DNA from: the human T2T-CHM13v2.0 reference genome, Homo sapiens
DNA length: 64,000 bases
Assembly (NCBI RefSeq): GCF_009914755.1
Contig: NC_060931.1
Reading direction: 5' to 3' (one strand)
The stretch's first letter is position 1. Every line of letters begins with the position of its first letter. Shown here in pieces: positions 1-17,629 of this stretch. A program made the position numbers and the translations under genes. Under the pieces are notes generated by a model. That model did not search any database. It saw only the letters and a list, made by a program, of their open reading frames with translations, and had not been told where the DNA came from.

Positions 1-244
1 GTCTGTAATCTCTGGACACTAAGAAATAAGCTTCTTACAGACAGAATCTGGAAAGATGTCTGCCAAGAGTGGGGATGCAGGGACTAGAAAACAAAAGCAA
101 AGCCCATCTTTCACTGGAGCATGTCTGCACAAACATTCTGCTGACTGACGATAGACATACAAGTTGTGAATACACTTAAAATGTATGAGTGTGAAAAGTG
201 TCTACATACAATTATTATCTATTATTTACTTGTTATTTATTTAT

Positions 245-405
245 TATTTACTGAAATCCTACTTTGTCAGGCATCAGGCTAAGTGCCTTATTACATTATG
301 TGATTCATTCTCCATAATAACCATTTGATGTAGAAGCTATCATTTTCACAATTTTTCATATGGGGAAACCAAGGCCTAGAAAAGAAAAGTTCTTCCTTGG
401 CAAGT
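245..405 (-). mobile_element. MIR SINE fragment
   Basis: Degenerate reverse MIR core: ctactttgtcaggcat..ctaagtgcctt..cattttcaca..tggggaaaccaaggcctaga. Confidence 0.65.
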
Positions 406-1194
406 AACCATTTTTAAAGAGAAAAGAATTTTATCCCAGAAGAAAACATTTTATCTCTGTTCATGTGAATGAAATATACACATATATTTATATTTACATC
501 AAAGGTGAGTAAAACTTTATGAAAAATAAAGTTAGGCTTTACAAGCAGTTTGGCAGGATTCATTTAGATGCTTTCAGTAAAGTTTATGTGCTATATCAAT
601 TTCTGTACCTAGAAAAGGAACAAAATGTTTTTGTTATTTTCCTTCCATTGATTAAAACAAAATAACAAACAAAAAACACAACTGAACCTAGACTGTTCAT
701 CTGCTGGGACCTAATCTGAGCTTGAAAAAAAAAATTTCAGAAAAATCAACTTATTCCACCACATCATTTGTGCCAACTACAGTGTTAGGATTATCCCTGG
801 AAATTTCAAGGAGAAAAGTATGCTCCTCCCTCAGGTACCATTTGCAGAAGTCACTCATCTATCGATTCCTGATGTTGCTGGTTTTAGCAAGATAAGACTC
901 CTAATCCATACACTGAATGTTACTCTGCCAGAGATGAAATAGCTTTAATGCCAACAAAGATTACTGTGATGTTAGACTGGAGAAGATTGTGTTGTTGGAA
1001 CTACAGCATCCCCAGGAATACTTGCCATCTTGTGTAAATGCTATATTGAAGCCAAACATTGACTCTGCCTCTCATTCTATTCAGAAATCTAAGGGCATAG
1101 CAATCATATTTGTGTGCTTAACTCTGGTAAAAGGACTTTGTTCCCATTATAAACTACGGTGATTTTCTTTCAACTAGCCTTTCCCTAATTTAAA

Positions 1195-1370
1195 TAATGT
1201 ATTTAGTTGTTCCTAAGATGCTATCAATTGTAAAATGCATGATCCATCAGCTTTTTTCAATATAGCTTTGCAGAAGAAGAAATGCTACATTAAATATACA
1301 AATCCATATAAGAAGTACACTAGTGTCAGAAAACATTTTAATGTATAAAATATGCATTGTAGAATTGTGT
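1195..1370. mobile_element. Possible short ancient Tigger-type DNA transposon relic
   Basis: Degenerate inverted ends (tcctaagatgc ... gcattgtagaatt) resembling Tigger12/13-type TIRs. Confidence 0.35.
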
Positions 1371-2067
1371 ATTGTGTATATATCTGTATCTATCTACATA
1401 TATATATAAATAATGTCACAGATATATATAAACCTACATTTATATATACATAAATATATGAAAACATATAATATAAACAAGCAGCAGGAAAAGGAACATC
1501 ATGGAAATCTTATATTTATGCCAATGTAAACACACATTCCAGTTAAATTTACTCATTTGACATCACATAGAGACCATGGCATCTGCAGAATTGAAGTGTA
1601 ACCTGTACTCTGCCTTAAGTAGAAAGAAGATGGAAAGCCATCTGCTCACAATACTCGTTACTGTTACTAATTATTAAGAGAATATTATTTTGTTTGTTTT
1701 TACAAAAAAAGTGACAACACTGGGATCAGAATTTTTTTTCCTTGTATATCATGTACTGAGACCTCAGAACAAGCAATGCTAGGGCAGATTCAGAATGTTT
1801 TAGGTAAGTCAAGACACAGGAAAGAGCTCCCCTCAGTGCTTAGCAGGAAATATCTAGCGTAGACAGCAAGGCACCAACAGAATGGGCACACCCAGCCAGG
1901 CAAGATGTGGAAGCATATACCCTTTAGCATACAGCAGAAGGAGCTGGGACCTAATCACACCAGGGAAATATTTGCTTGCAGTGACCTTCCTCACATTGCA
2001 TTCCATGTGTCCTCTTTGCCAGTTGCTCTGAGGTGTATCTTCGGGCCTCCTCAAAGTTATAGGAGGT

Positions 2068-2450
2068 TGTATGAGTCTGTTTTCAAACCCTTATAGACAA
2101 CTGCCTGAGACTAGGTAATTTATAAGGAAAAGAGGTTTAATTTTTTCACAGTTCAGCATTGCTAGGGAGGCCTCAGGAAACTTACAATAATGGTAGATGG
2201 TGAAGAGGAAGCAAAGTACCTACTTTACGAGGCGGCAGGAATGAGAAGTGCTGAGTGAAGGGGAAAGAACCCCTTATAAAACCATCAGATCTCATGAGAA
2301 CTCACTATCATGAGAATAGCATGGGAGAAACCACTCCCTATGATTCAATTACCTTTACCTGGTCGCTCTTGACATGTGGGAATTATGGGGATTATGAGGA
2401 TTACAATCCAAGATGAGATTTGGGTGGGAACACAAAGCCTAACCATATCA
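2068..2450 (-). mobile_element. THE1 (THE1C/D-like) MaLR solo LTR
   Basis: tgtatgagtctgttttca ... gagatttgggtgggaacacaaagcctaaccatatca; THE1 motifs ggaaacttacaat and cttataaaaccatcagatctcatgagaactcact; near-perfect 5-bp TSD gaggt/gatgt. Confidence 0.92.
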
Positions 2451-2908
2451 GATGTCAAATATAATTTATGCAATATACAAAGATAAGTAAGACACCCATT
2501 ACTGCCAAAAGAAGTTTACATTATGTCTGTGTGGATAAAGCAGATATAAAATCAAGATGATCCATGAAAAGGAAAACTAGAGTCTAAGGCAGTTCACGTT
2601 AGGAAAGTATTACAATCTGTGGGAAAGATCAGGCATCTCTTCTTTCTTGGGATGAAACTTGAAGATCATGAAATAATGTGGAAGGAGAGCATTAGAGGCA
2701 AAAAGAGCAGCCTAAATGTTATACCATAGGAGAGAACCACACAGAGCATGTCCTGGGAATGGTGCTTAGAAACATGCACACAAACAGTGGGACAGTAGAG
2801 CTATTCATAAGTGACTTTCAACACACCTTGGTGGTCAAGAACACAGACCATATTTTAGTGGTTAGCAAGTCAAGACTATCCTTACTACCAACTTCTTGAT
2901 GGCAATTA

Positions 2909-3300
<392 letters not shown>

Positions 3301-3519
3301 ATTTATATTTATTTGCTAGAGAGCTACCTTTCTTTTGAAGAATTCTGGCCAGAATCAGCAGTCTTACTTGATTTTATTATTGAATCTTTCCTCTCTAAAA
3401 AAACAGCATCTGATGCCGTAGGTAAAAATTGCTATACTTGGCATTCATACATTCAGGACAACCTGTAGAAGAAAAACTGTAGGGAATTAGGAAAAGCCAC
3501 TTCCTTTATAGTAAAAAAG

Positions 3520-3585
3520 GGGAAAAGTATCCTTTTAAAATGTTTTAAAGGAAAAGTACCCTTTTAAATTTTTTAAAGAAAAATT
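3520..3585. repeat. ~29-bp imperfect tandem repeat (ggaaaagtaYccttttaaa..ttttaaa), ~2.3 copies
   Basis: Directly visible. Confidence 0.75.
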
Positions 3586-3909
3586 ATCAAATTCAATAAT
3601 GGAATTTATCTGACAGCTAAACAGGTAAAATATGAAGAAAACTGGAGACTTAAGTCAGAGGTTCTTTAATTGAGCCTAATTGAGTCTGTTTTCTTTTTCT
3701 TTTTCTTTTTCTTTACTAATCCCATCTCTCCTTTTAAATGAATTTAGTCAATGGAGCATAAACACAAAGAGGGATATTATTCATTCATTTAATGAATTGC
3801 TAAGTATAATCACCTTCTGCAGAAAGTCCTTTAAGTTAGATTTATGTTCCAATGGGGTCCTTATAGTTGTCAATGCCCCCTGTACAGAAAGGTAGGTTGA
3901 TCTTTGAAG

Positions 3910-4144
3910 TGAAGAGGGCAGTAATGTGGGAGTCAGGGAAATCTGGGTCTTAAATTCCAACAATGACACTCATTGTGTTTTAGCAGGTAACTTTATTTCT
4001 CTAAGTCTTAGGCCCCTCATCTGTAAAATAGAAATAATAAAATCTCTTTCATAGCATCATTTGAGGAGTAAATGAGGATGTTGATAAGTGTACCCTAGAG
4101 CACCTAAAACATTGCTTGGCTTGTGAAAGGAGATATTTGCTGAA
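3910..4144 (+). mobile_element. MIR SINE
   Basis: gagtcagggaaatctgggtc..cctcatctgtaaaatagaaataataa..gaggagtaaatgag. Confidence 0.75.
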
Positions 4145-4162
4145 AAACAACTCATAATACAG

Positions 4163-4685
4163 TGTCAGGAGACAATTTTCCATGGGTGTTGTGCATTTCT
4201 GCATGTCTTCCACACAGAGGCACTAATTGCCCTTCTGTCATGACCACCTTGCAAGGATATTTATATACTGAACAGCTTGGAAGATAGAGATGGTGTCTTC
4301 CTGCAGAGCAAAGGGCAGGTTTGCCTATCATCCAGTATCATAAACAGAATGTCTCCCTCTGGGACAAAGTTTGGGCAGATTATCTTGAGACCATCATGAA
4401 AGATTTGGGCTCCCTAAGCTCAACATACCTCTCCTGACGCACAGCCTATCAGTGTGCAGGCATCCCCAGGTCATTCTTACATCATCCTGTGGGAACTGGG
4501 CAGTAGGAAGTGGCAAAAGAAAATGATGATACTCTGGCAACTGCTATTCCTGTGAGCATTACTATATGATCTATCATATAACCTTGCCTTTTATATCTGA
4601 TCTAGGAGTCTTATGCATTTTGCCAGCTTGTGTGAAACTGTCTTGCAGGAAGGATGAAATCTAAGACTATAAAGAGTTTTTAACA
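4163..4685 (+). mobile_element. LTR40-family ERVL solo LTR
   Basis: Starts tgtcaggagacaattttccatggg; contains ggaagatagagatggtgtc, gagcaaagggcaggtttgc, gatactctggcaactgctatt; ends ..taaca. Confidence 0.8.
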
Positions 4686-6849
4686 CGAAAGACTCAAAAC
4701 CTAATCTAGCTCCAAAATATTTCCCCATAGATTCACCCTGTGGACAGTAATTACTACCACCATATCCAATATTTTGATTTAGAAAAGTTCCCATAAATTT
4801 GTACATGTATTAGCTCTAAGAGCTACCGCAGTGAGTCATTAATGCTTAATTGCTAATTGGCTCATTGTTTAGTTTGTGAAACACTTAGCAAATTCCAGAT
4901 GTAATAGAAAATAGGAGGGTAAATTTGAATAGGCGTTCTAGAACTGATAGGCCAGAGAGATTTCATCCCGGAAAATAGCACTTCTTTCTGGTGCACTTCT
5001 GGGGAGCAGAAGAAGGGAAATGGAGGAAGAGATACATTTCTACTTTTCCTCAAGCTTCATTGTATCCCGCAGAAATAAAATATAAAATCGATTTTAAATT
5101 TTAAATATAGAATCATATAAAAACGGTAGTTTTTTTCAGTACTTTCATTCATAAGTTTTACTTGGCATTTGTTAAATGTGTCGTAGTAATTTGTATTATC
5201 CCTTACTCCCCTACAACAGTGTGCAAACTCCAGCAGCAGGAAATATAACATACCGATTTTGCCTACCCAACCCTTGGTGACCCATACTCCCAGCTTCTTC
5301 CGAGTCTATCCCAGAACTCTGCAAATGCATTCAATGTACTCAGTAAATACTGTGTGAGTTGTATTCTCCTCTGTTCAAAGAAAATACACAAAATTATGAA
5401 TTTATACTGTGGCTGTCAAACAACTCGAGGAAATCAGAATCTCATAAGCAGCATGAAAAATGAGCCAAATAATTTCAGGCTATGTGGAACATTTAAAAAT
5501 CTTATGTGTAGTATTCACAATGTTAAATGAATTTATTCAACAAGCATTTTATTAATGGCTATTTAGCACTTTTAAACTACCTTCCATTAATCACTTTCTA
5601 AGCCAGTCCCTGTGAAGAAAAACATGACTGTTTCATTTCAATTATTGCTTTATTTAGGTGGCAATTATTTAGTTTCTTTTTTTGGCTTAACCATGTGATA
5701 GGTTGAGAAGAAGGTTGAGAAGAAGAATTTTTTTAAAAAACCATGCTAATTCTCTTATTACAGAGGAATTTAAGAGTCAACACACAACATCCAAACTTAC
5801 ACATAGTGAGATTAGATGGTGGCTGTTCAAATAAATAAGATAATGTGTACAATGGTTTTAGCATGTGGAAGGGACTCTATAACTAGTAGCAATTACTATT
5901 TTGCCAAAAAAAGCCAATCCCCAAGGCCCCTTTCTATTGAGAGTTTCAACTCTTATTGAAAAAAATCCATTTTTGAAAATTAAATACTAAAAACCTTTTC
6001 ATTAACCTATCAAATATTTAAAGTAGACTGTACTTAATAGTTGAAGGCATTTGAGCTCATGAAAACAAAGATTTCATGAATTAAACATAGTGAAGATTTG
6101 GGGGGAATATTGATAACTATGCCCAGGCAATCATACAGAATTAAATGTGTTTGTCTGGAAAATATGGATGAATTGAAATATGGCCTACCCCCAAGTTATA
6201 CTACCTGAACATTTGAGATAAGAAGATGAAGATGCTGACTTTCTGTCCCTCAGGTAGGCCCCCTACGCTGCTTTGGGTGTTTTGGTCCTAGGAGTGTAAC
6301 ATTTTATTTCTGCCAAAACTAATCTTTCAAGGCCCCCCAATTCTTTTCAAGCATTATATGTACATCTCCAATTTCATCCTGTGCAATTATATCCACCCAG
6401 TAAGCAAAGCTACACACTACAAAGCTTGTTTGCTTTTAATCACATTAAATACTCAAACCAGCCATCCTAACAAGAAAAGAAAAAAATATTTTCCTGCATA
6501 AGCATTTTTTTAAAACCTTCAGATATCAAAATTAAAGGTAAATGCCTGTACAGTCCATTAGTACTGCTTAATTGCTTTTCCATAATGAGCAACAGAAGAT
6601 TATTGCTCACCTGAGACTAATATGAATTGCAGCTGATAGATTCATAAGTTGGACTAAAGCAGGTGATGCCCACCCCAACATCATAAAATCCAAAAGACGA
6701 GAGAGAGAGAGAAAGCAAACACTTATAATATCTTTTCAATTCACAGAGTTTGTCTCATTTAATCAAAGAAAAATCAAGATCATGGGTTATAAAGTTATCC
6801 TATCTCTCCCTGTTCTTTGCCACATATAACTGCCTCTTCAGTCAATATG

Positions 6850-6878
6850 CCATCCGTCCATCCATCCATTCATCCATC
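6850..6878. repeat. (TCCA)n microsatellite, degenerate
   Basis: catccgtccatccatccattcatccatc. Confidence 0.8.
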
Positions 6879-6889
6879 TAGAGAAAAGT

Positions 6890-7640
6890 CTGTTCACCCA
6901 AGCTAAGCTGTCCATCTGTCCTCTGCATTCTGTCCTCTTTCTCTTGTACACATTAGTCCCATCAATTATATTTCATATTTTCTGTTCTTTCAAATTCTTC
7001 ATCCCCACCAGCTGCCTCCTTTAAACCTACAAGTATGTTAAAAATTCCTTCACATATGCTTCTTTCTCCCTTCAAGTTAAGATAGGTCCTACAGCAACTA
7101 TACCACCCTCTCTTCCTTACCCACTTTCAAGTCCAAACTTCCTAAATGGCTTACAAATCTATACTTCTCCAACTTCATCTCCCTCTAGAATTTATTACAA
7201 TTTGATTTATCCCACCCCAGATTCTGAAATTTCTTTGAAATGATTTTCTATTTATCAAACTCAATGTACAATGGTCTATTTTTAGTCCAGAAACTTAATG
7301 GACTTATTAAAGCATTTACCATGTTAACTCCTTTCTCCTTAAAAATGTGTCTATTTTGGCTTCTATCCTTGCTTTTGTCCCTTCTGACTGCTTCTTCAAG
7401 TTCCTGTCATCATGCCTTTAATATTGGCCTTTCTCACCAAACCATTCTTCACCCAATTTCTCTTTTTATTCAAATCATCCACTATGGGTATTTAATGTTA
7501 CCACCCATAACCTACTCCTTCAGCCTCCTCTCTCCATCCACGATATCACCATCTTTCCAATCAGTTAAATTTGAGATCTCAGTGGCACCTTCAGCTTCTC
7601 CATTGACATTAACCTTTCACATCCAATATGACACAAAACA
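6890..7640 (+). mobile_element. L2 LINE fragment (RT region)
   Basis: Pyrimidine-rich. 7250-7360 resembles L2 'aaatccaatggtc..tcagtcc..ttgacctctcagcagcatttgacac'; ORF 7240..7653 carries a decayed LDLSAAFDT-like segment (LNGLIKAFTML). Confidence 0.6.
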
Positions 7641-7679
7641 TAGTGGCCTTTGAAGTCAGAAAGACCTGAGTCTGAATTA

Positions 7680-8180
7680 CAGTCTGCCTTCAAGGAATTT
7701 AGAATTCTGTGTCTTGTGTGTGAAGGCATGCAAACATACATGGGATTAACATATACACTAATGGGTGAGTACTCACAAATTAAAGTGGGAGCCCAGGAAA
7801 AATTATGCTTCAATCTGCCTGAGAAAGGAGGCATCAGGGATATTTACCATGGAAATGTCTAATTTGGATTGAAATTTAAAGACTGCTAAGGAGTCGGATA
7901 AGTGGAAGAAAGAATGAGACAGCTGAGAGAAAAGCAGAAGTAAAGTCTAACGTCTGGGAGGGGAATGCTGCCATTAGGGGAGGGAGGCAGAAGAGACTGG
8001 AACCTCTGGCAAAGATCATACTGTGATGAGACTAATACACCAAGGGTGATGGCATTGCTGTGGTTGCTGGGAAGCCACAGAGATTTCTGAGGCAGAAGAC
8101 AGTCCCATTTGCATGCCCAAAAAACCTTCATGGCTGCATATAGTTTGGATTGGAGACAATAAAGACCTGAGTAAGAGAGT
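7680..8180 (-). mobile_element. L2 3'-region fragment
   Basis: Purine-rich reverse-L2 pattern (tctgccttcaaggaatttaga.., ggcatcagggatatttaccatgga.., ggaagccacagagatttctgaggcag). Confidence 0.5.
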
Positions 8181-10089
8181 TAAATCATAATATTGATTTA
8201 TTCAAATAATATTAATTTATCCAGTGATATTAATGGATATCACTGGAGATAAACTCAAGGTAGGGATGAAAAAACTTAAAGTAGAAACAGGGTCTTCTTA
8301 CGGCTTTGATTTTATGTAAATACTGAAGATTCTATTATTTCAACACTTTGAATAAGCATATAATTCACTGCCTCTGTCTTTCTGTTGCTTATAAGAAAGC
8401 TGCAAAAGTAAAATGTGGAAGGAAAGCAGGAGAGAGGGAGGAAATAAAGAGGGAAGAGAAATAATAGGAGGAAAGAAAATAATACGAGCAAAAAGTGCAG
8501 TGGACAAATATAGGATGCAAAACAAGGGAAAAATGGAGACGGGGGAGGGTATTCTTTTTAAATAACTGAAAAAATAATTTAAAAAACGTTTCCCCTCAAG
8601 ATTTTGTGAAAAATACAACTTAATGCCATTCATGAGTTCAACACAGTTGCTTTCATCAGCCTATGTGTTATTGACATAGATACCATAAATATGCTTTCAT
8701 TTTACAAGATAAGACAATAAATTCATGGGTCTGGCAGTCATGATGATTTATCCCTCAGGTTAGTTTTGCTCTTCTTTGATCATGCCACAATTGCTTAATT
8801 AACCTGCAGTTAAAAGGTTTTTAGGAAAAAATGTTCATTGTGGAAAAAATTTTCTACGTTCCAAACAATATTCGAATTACCAGTGAGAGTAGAAGCTTTC
8901 TATGAAAATCATAAGTGCCATATTAAGTATTAATGTGTTAGATGGACCACATGTGAAGGCACTGCGTTAATAGCATCACTTAACCTGAATACTTTATTCC
9001 ACTACTTTAACCTTGATACTAACAGACTTAATATATTCCGCTTTTGTTTTCAATTATCTGTTATGTCCTGCAATGGGTTTATTGGAGACACTGTGAAAAC
9101 CATTACGACCCCTCAAAGACATAAGGCAATTTTCTTCTCACCAGGATATTTTGAACAAATTACTCTCAGTTTTAACATGAATAAGTCTATGAATTTTAGT
9201 TCCTCAGATCTGAAATAATGGAATTCAGTTATAATTCCAACTGCAATTATCATATCATGTCAATAAATTGAGATAAAATCCTACAGAGGTGAAAGCTTTC
9301 TGTCTTTGTATGGTTTTACTTTCTCCCTTTTGCTTTTTTTCTTTTTTGGCCCCAAGCCTAGGGAGCACTTTGAAGTGTAATTATTTTGTAGGGTACTTGA
9401 AATAGTTCTACCCTTTGAAAAGAGTGTGGTAGCATATCGTCCGTGTTAGCATTACAAGGCATTGCTACAGCTTGCAATAATTAAAGGCTGTTACCGTTAA
9501 GAATTTTATGATTAGTCCTATTATGGCTCATTGAGTTTAAGTTTTGAAATTTTGTACTGAGTCCAAGATTAAAATGTTTCTTAGTCATAAAATGCATTTT
9601 AAAGATTAATTTGGACATCTCTCAAAGTCCTTTTGCTTGTTTTCCCCATCCTGGGATAACATAATGTCTTTTCACGGCGTGGTTAATGGTAATGCCAAAG
9701 GTTTAAGCCCAGTATAAGCAAATTAGCTTCTCTATTCTCATGTGAACTCCTCCTCCCACCCCAAGATGTTCCCAGGAAAGGAACCTCTTCATAAAATAAG
9801 CTTTAGACTCAACTCAGCTGCCAAAGCAGGGCCATAAGTATAGTGTATCCAATACTGGAAGGCCAGTTCTAGGAGACACTGCTTCTAGAAGTCTTTTGGC
9901 TGAGAGGTATCCAAACTAAGTTGTGCTGTTACTCTGAGAAAATATAAAAAGATGTATTCAAAGAGAGTGGGCAGGATAAAAGAGACTAGGCTCTTTTTAT
10001 TTCATATGATTCTTTTTCTTTCTTTACCTCTTGTTTTAAATTAGATTTTTGTATTTTTATATGTACTAAAAATGAGTTATGGGAATTGT

Positions 10090-10220
10090 AGAACTATAGA
10101 TAAGAAAACTGGGGCTTAGAAAAATAAAGTAGCTTAACCATGGCCACAAGGCCAGTGATAGGCCAAATGAGTATGACACAGGCCTATGACTTTGCATCCC
10201 CTGATGTTAAAACCACTCAA
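10090..10220 (-). mobile_element. MIR fragment
   Basis: gaaaactggggcttagaaaaataaagtagcttaaccatggccaca..aaccact. Confidence 0.6.
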
Positions 10221-10369
10221 TCCTGCAGAAAATCCCGTCTTTCCCTCCTGGATGACTCCCTGCTTCCAGACTCATGCCCTCCAGGATCTTTTCTACACAG
10301 TGCAGAGCTCTTTCTAAAGCCCACCTCTGAAAATCTTACTCCCCTGATTTTAACCTGACACTCCCAAAT

Positions 10370-11704
<1,335 letters not shown>

Positions 11705-12334
11705 TTATTATTGCATTTTCAAAACCAAGACATTGTTACTTCTAAAACAGGAATAAAAGCTAAGAAAAATTTTTAAAAAGCTCATGTTCTTCACAGGCAC
11801 TACAGCAAGATGCCTGAGAAATAAAGCAAGTCCTACATGAAAGATTCATTTGCGTTTCCTCCCATTCTTCCCATATTTCACTCCTGTGTTCAACTATGCC
11901 AGAAACAGAAAACTAATGTTCTGGGACGCAAAACTCAAAACTCCTGCTGCTATGATTGTTTTGTTGTTCTTTTCTTTTGTAGTTATGATAAAATGTGAGA
12001 ACATACAATCACAGCCCTCAAAAACACTACATGAAGGTAAACAAAATATTTCAGTATGAGTAGATGGACATTACGTCTAAATTCATTTGTTGCGAACTTT
12101 CTTCTTTCCATCAAGATGTTAAAAGTCCAATAGGATGATCGAGAGAAGAGCTTTAACCACAGAAGATAAAGGACAGGTAGGAAAGGAGGGTGGGGAATGA
12201 AAATACAGCCAGTCTGGAAGGGAAGAGCCCAAAATCCTGTGCTTTAAGAAGAGAGTAGGGTGGAAGTGGAGAGCCACATGCAGCTCTGGGACCCTAAGAG
12301 AATGGGCATGATCATAAAGCTGGCACAGTTCTTG

Positions 12335-12354
12335 CCCCCCCCCCCCCGCCCCCC
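12335..12354. repeat. Poly-C tract C13-G-C6
   Basis: Directly visible. Confidence 0.95.
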
Positions 12355-12489
12355 AAAAGAAGAGAGAGATGGTTACATGAGGAGTATTCTATTTCTTCCT
12401 TTTTTTCTTCAGCTTTATACTTGAAATTTGCTAGGAGGGAGTTCAGTTTCTTAAAACAGGGTCTAACTCCCTCACATATAGGAGGCTCA

Positions 12490-12690
12490 TAGAATAGCCA
12501 TTCAAGTTCCTAGGCTTCAGAGTCAGTAGAACTGAGTTTAGACCATCCCTTCACTTACTGTCTCTCTGAAAATTTTAGGTGACCTTGGGAGATACTCTCT
12601 GTGACTATCATAGGCAAATATTTTTCGCAAAACCTCATTTTTTCTTCTATAAAATGACGAGATAATAATAATATCTGCCTCATACAACTG
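12490..12690 (+). mobile_element. MIR fragment
   Basis: ggcttcagagtcag..cacttactg..gtgaccttggg..ctataaaatgacgagataataataatatctgcctcata. Confidence 0.7.
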
Positions 12691-12903
12691 CCCCACTATC
12701 TTGCTAATCAGATCCAGATATACTAATTGAATTTTTCTATCAAAAATATTATCAGATAGCTTAATTTCTGTGGAGCTGAACCTAGATTGGGTTATAAAAT
12801 TAGTTTGTTTTGAAAACTGTGTTAACACTTTCAGGTCTGTAAAATGTTTGCTTGTATCTAGCAAAGAATAGCACAATGGTCATCACGTCAAAATTATTTT
12901 TAG

Positions 12904-13199
12904 AGCTGGAAGCAGAGGCTCACGTTTATAATCCCAGCACTTTAGGAGGCTGAGGAGGGAGGATCGTTTAAGCCCAGGAGTTCAAGACCTACCTGGGCAA
13001 CACAGGGAGAACTCATCTCTACAAAAATTAAAAAAAAAAAAAAATAGCCAGGCATGGTGGCATGTGCCTGTGGTCTCAGCTACTCAGGAGGCTGAGGTGG
13101 GAGGATTACCGGGAGGTCAAGGCTGCAGTGAGTTGTAATTGCACCACTGCACTCCACGTGGGCAACAGAGCAAGACCCTGTCTCAAAACAAACAGAAAA
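12904..13199 (+). mobile_element. AluJ
   Basis: J features (ggaggatcg..agcccaggagttc, gggaggtcaaggctgcagtgag, gcaagaccctgtctc). Confidence 0.96.
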
Positions 13200-13479
13200 C
13201 CTTCTTCTTAGAAGGCCTATGAAATTTAAAATCCATACTAACAGTCAGTATTAGCCTGAACTTATATACAACCCCCATCAGAAAAGAAAGAAGAGAAACA
13301 TGGAGAGAGAAAGATTGAGAGAGAAAGAAAGACACAAAGCTAGTCTATTAAAGCAGTGACTGCTATCCAAGCAGTTCTATTGCTGATCACCAGGGAAGGT
13401 GGAGCAGCTGGCCCTGCTTAGCCTCTGTAGTGAATTAAATCCATCTGTTAGAGCTCTAACTAGCTTGATGAGATTTTAG

Positions 13480-15810
<2,331 letters not shown>

Positions 15811-16802
15811 TTCCTGTGTCTCTCCCTTCGTAGTAGTGGTAGTGCTTCCTATTGTTGCTAAACTGTAGGTTGCCTTACCATTTCATGTTTGGCTTTCCAG
15901 CTCTTCTAACACCCATGTAAATAACTTTCTTCATTGAATCCCCTCTGTTAGAAATACTTAGAATGGTTTCTGGTTTCCTGACTGTATCCTGTCTGACATG
16001 TGAAGCTGTGTTTCCCTTCTTGGCTGTGAGCTCCTAGAAGCCAGTGGCTTTACTAATGTCTTTGATCTGCCATTCTGTCTCCAGTGTGATCTCTCTATAA
16101 TCTATTTGCACAGAGATACCAGTATTATCTTTCTAAAGTAAAGATATTATCAATTAATAATTTTTAAAGAAATCTTCACTGGTTCCCTATTGACCATGAC
16201 ATTTTTCAAAATATTTTTCCTATTTCTCAACCTGTTCTGTAATGAATTATAAACTGACAAAATGTATTTTTAAAAACAAAAAAATGACTATAAATTAATC
16301 ATCACTATAGAAAAAGTAAATACATGGATTACACTAGACAGAAAGTTGGGATACAGACATACAGTTATGAAATTTGGCTCCACTTTGGCAGCCATAAAAG
16401 GGAGACAATCAATTACATGACTGTCTTTCAGAGGGACAGCAAAGTGTTCTTGGCACTTCTCTGATGGAAATTGCTCACCTTATCAGAAGTAAGGGGAAGT
16501 CAAGCAAATAGGACTTAAAAATTTCATGTAAAGAACGGGTTCAAAGTTATTTGAAAATCACAGTTCATGAGGGTGGATGAATTGCTTACTATTCAAACAA
16601 TCTTTCATAGTTTCTATTGGCCTCTAAAATTTTAACTAATGTGAACAGAGAAAAGTTGACTTGGCATAGTTACTAATGTTAAGAACAGATGCATGTTGTT
16701 TAAAGACAGAATAAACAGATAAGGCTGAATGACATTACTTGATTTAAAATGGGGCATTTGACTATGACTCCCTCTTGAATATGTGGTCTTTCTATATCAT
16801 CA

Positions 16803-17191
<389 letters not shown>

Positions 17192-17629
17192 TAAAAAGAG
17201 TCTTAGGTCTGTTCCAGCCATGAAGAAATAATTGATCAAATTCTCAAAACTCCGTTCTACAGTGAGTAGCCCACAAGATTATCCAAGTAGGATTAATAAA
17301 TTTTCTGCTAACACCATAGAAAATAAGTCTCACATTTTCTTCAATAAATATCTACTTAGGTGAGAAAATTTCCTGTTGAAATTCCAGGAAGAATTAACAA
17401 GAAAATATACTTCTTAACAAGCAAACCAAATGATTTGCTATATTTAGGGTTTTATTTATTTTTAATATAAATTGATTAAATTGTAGAGACTTCTGCCAAA
17501 TGTAATGTACCCAGCTTTAGAATAATGGATTTTAAGCCATTCCTCCTAAAAACTGTGTTATAGTAAAATCCATTGTGTTGAATCTAATTCTGGCTTGAAA
17601 AGTAAAAAATAAAAGCATAAGGGAATTTT

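Noticed and set aside
7240-7653. 137-aa ORF
   Set aside because: Lies in a decayed L2. Only a trace of an RT motif remains and the rest is low-complexity Ser/Leu sequence.
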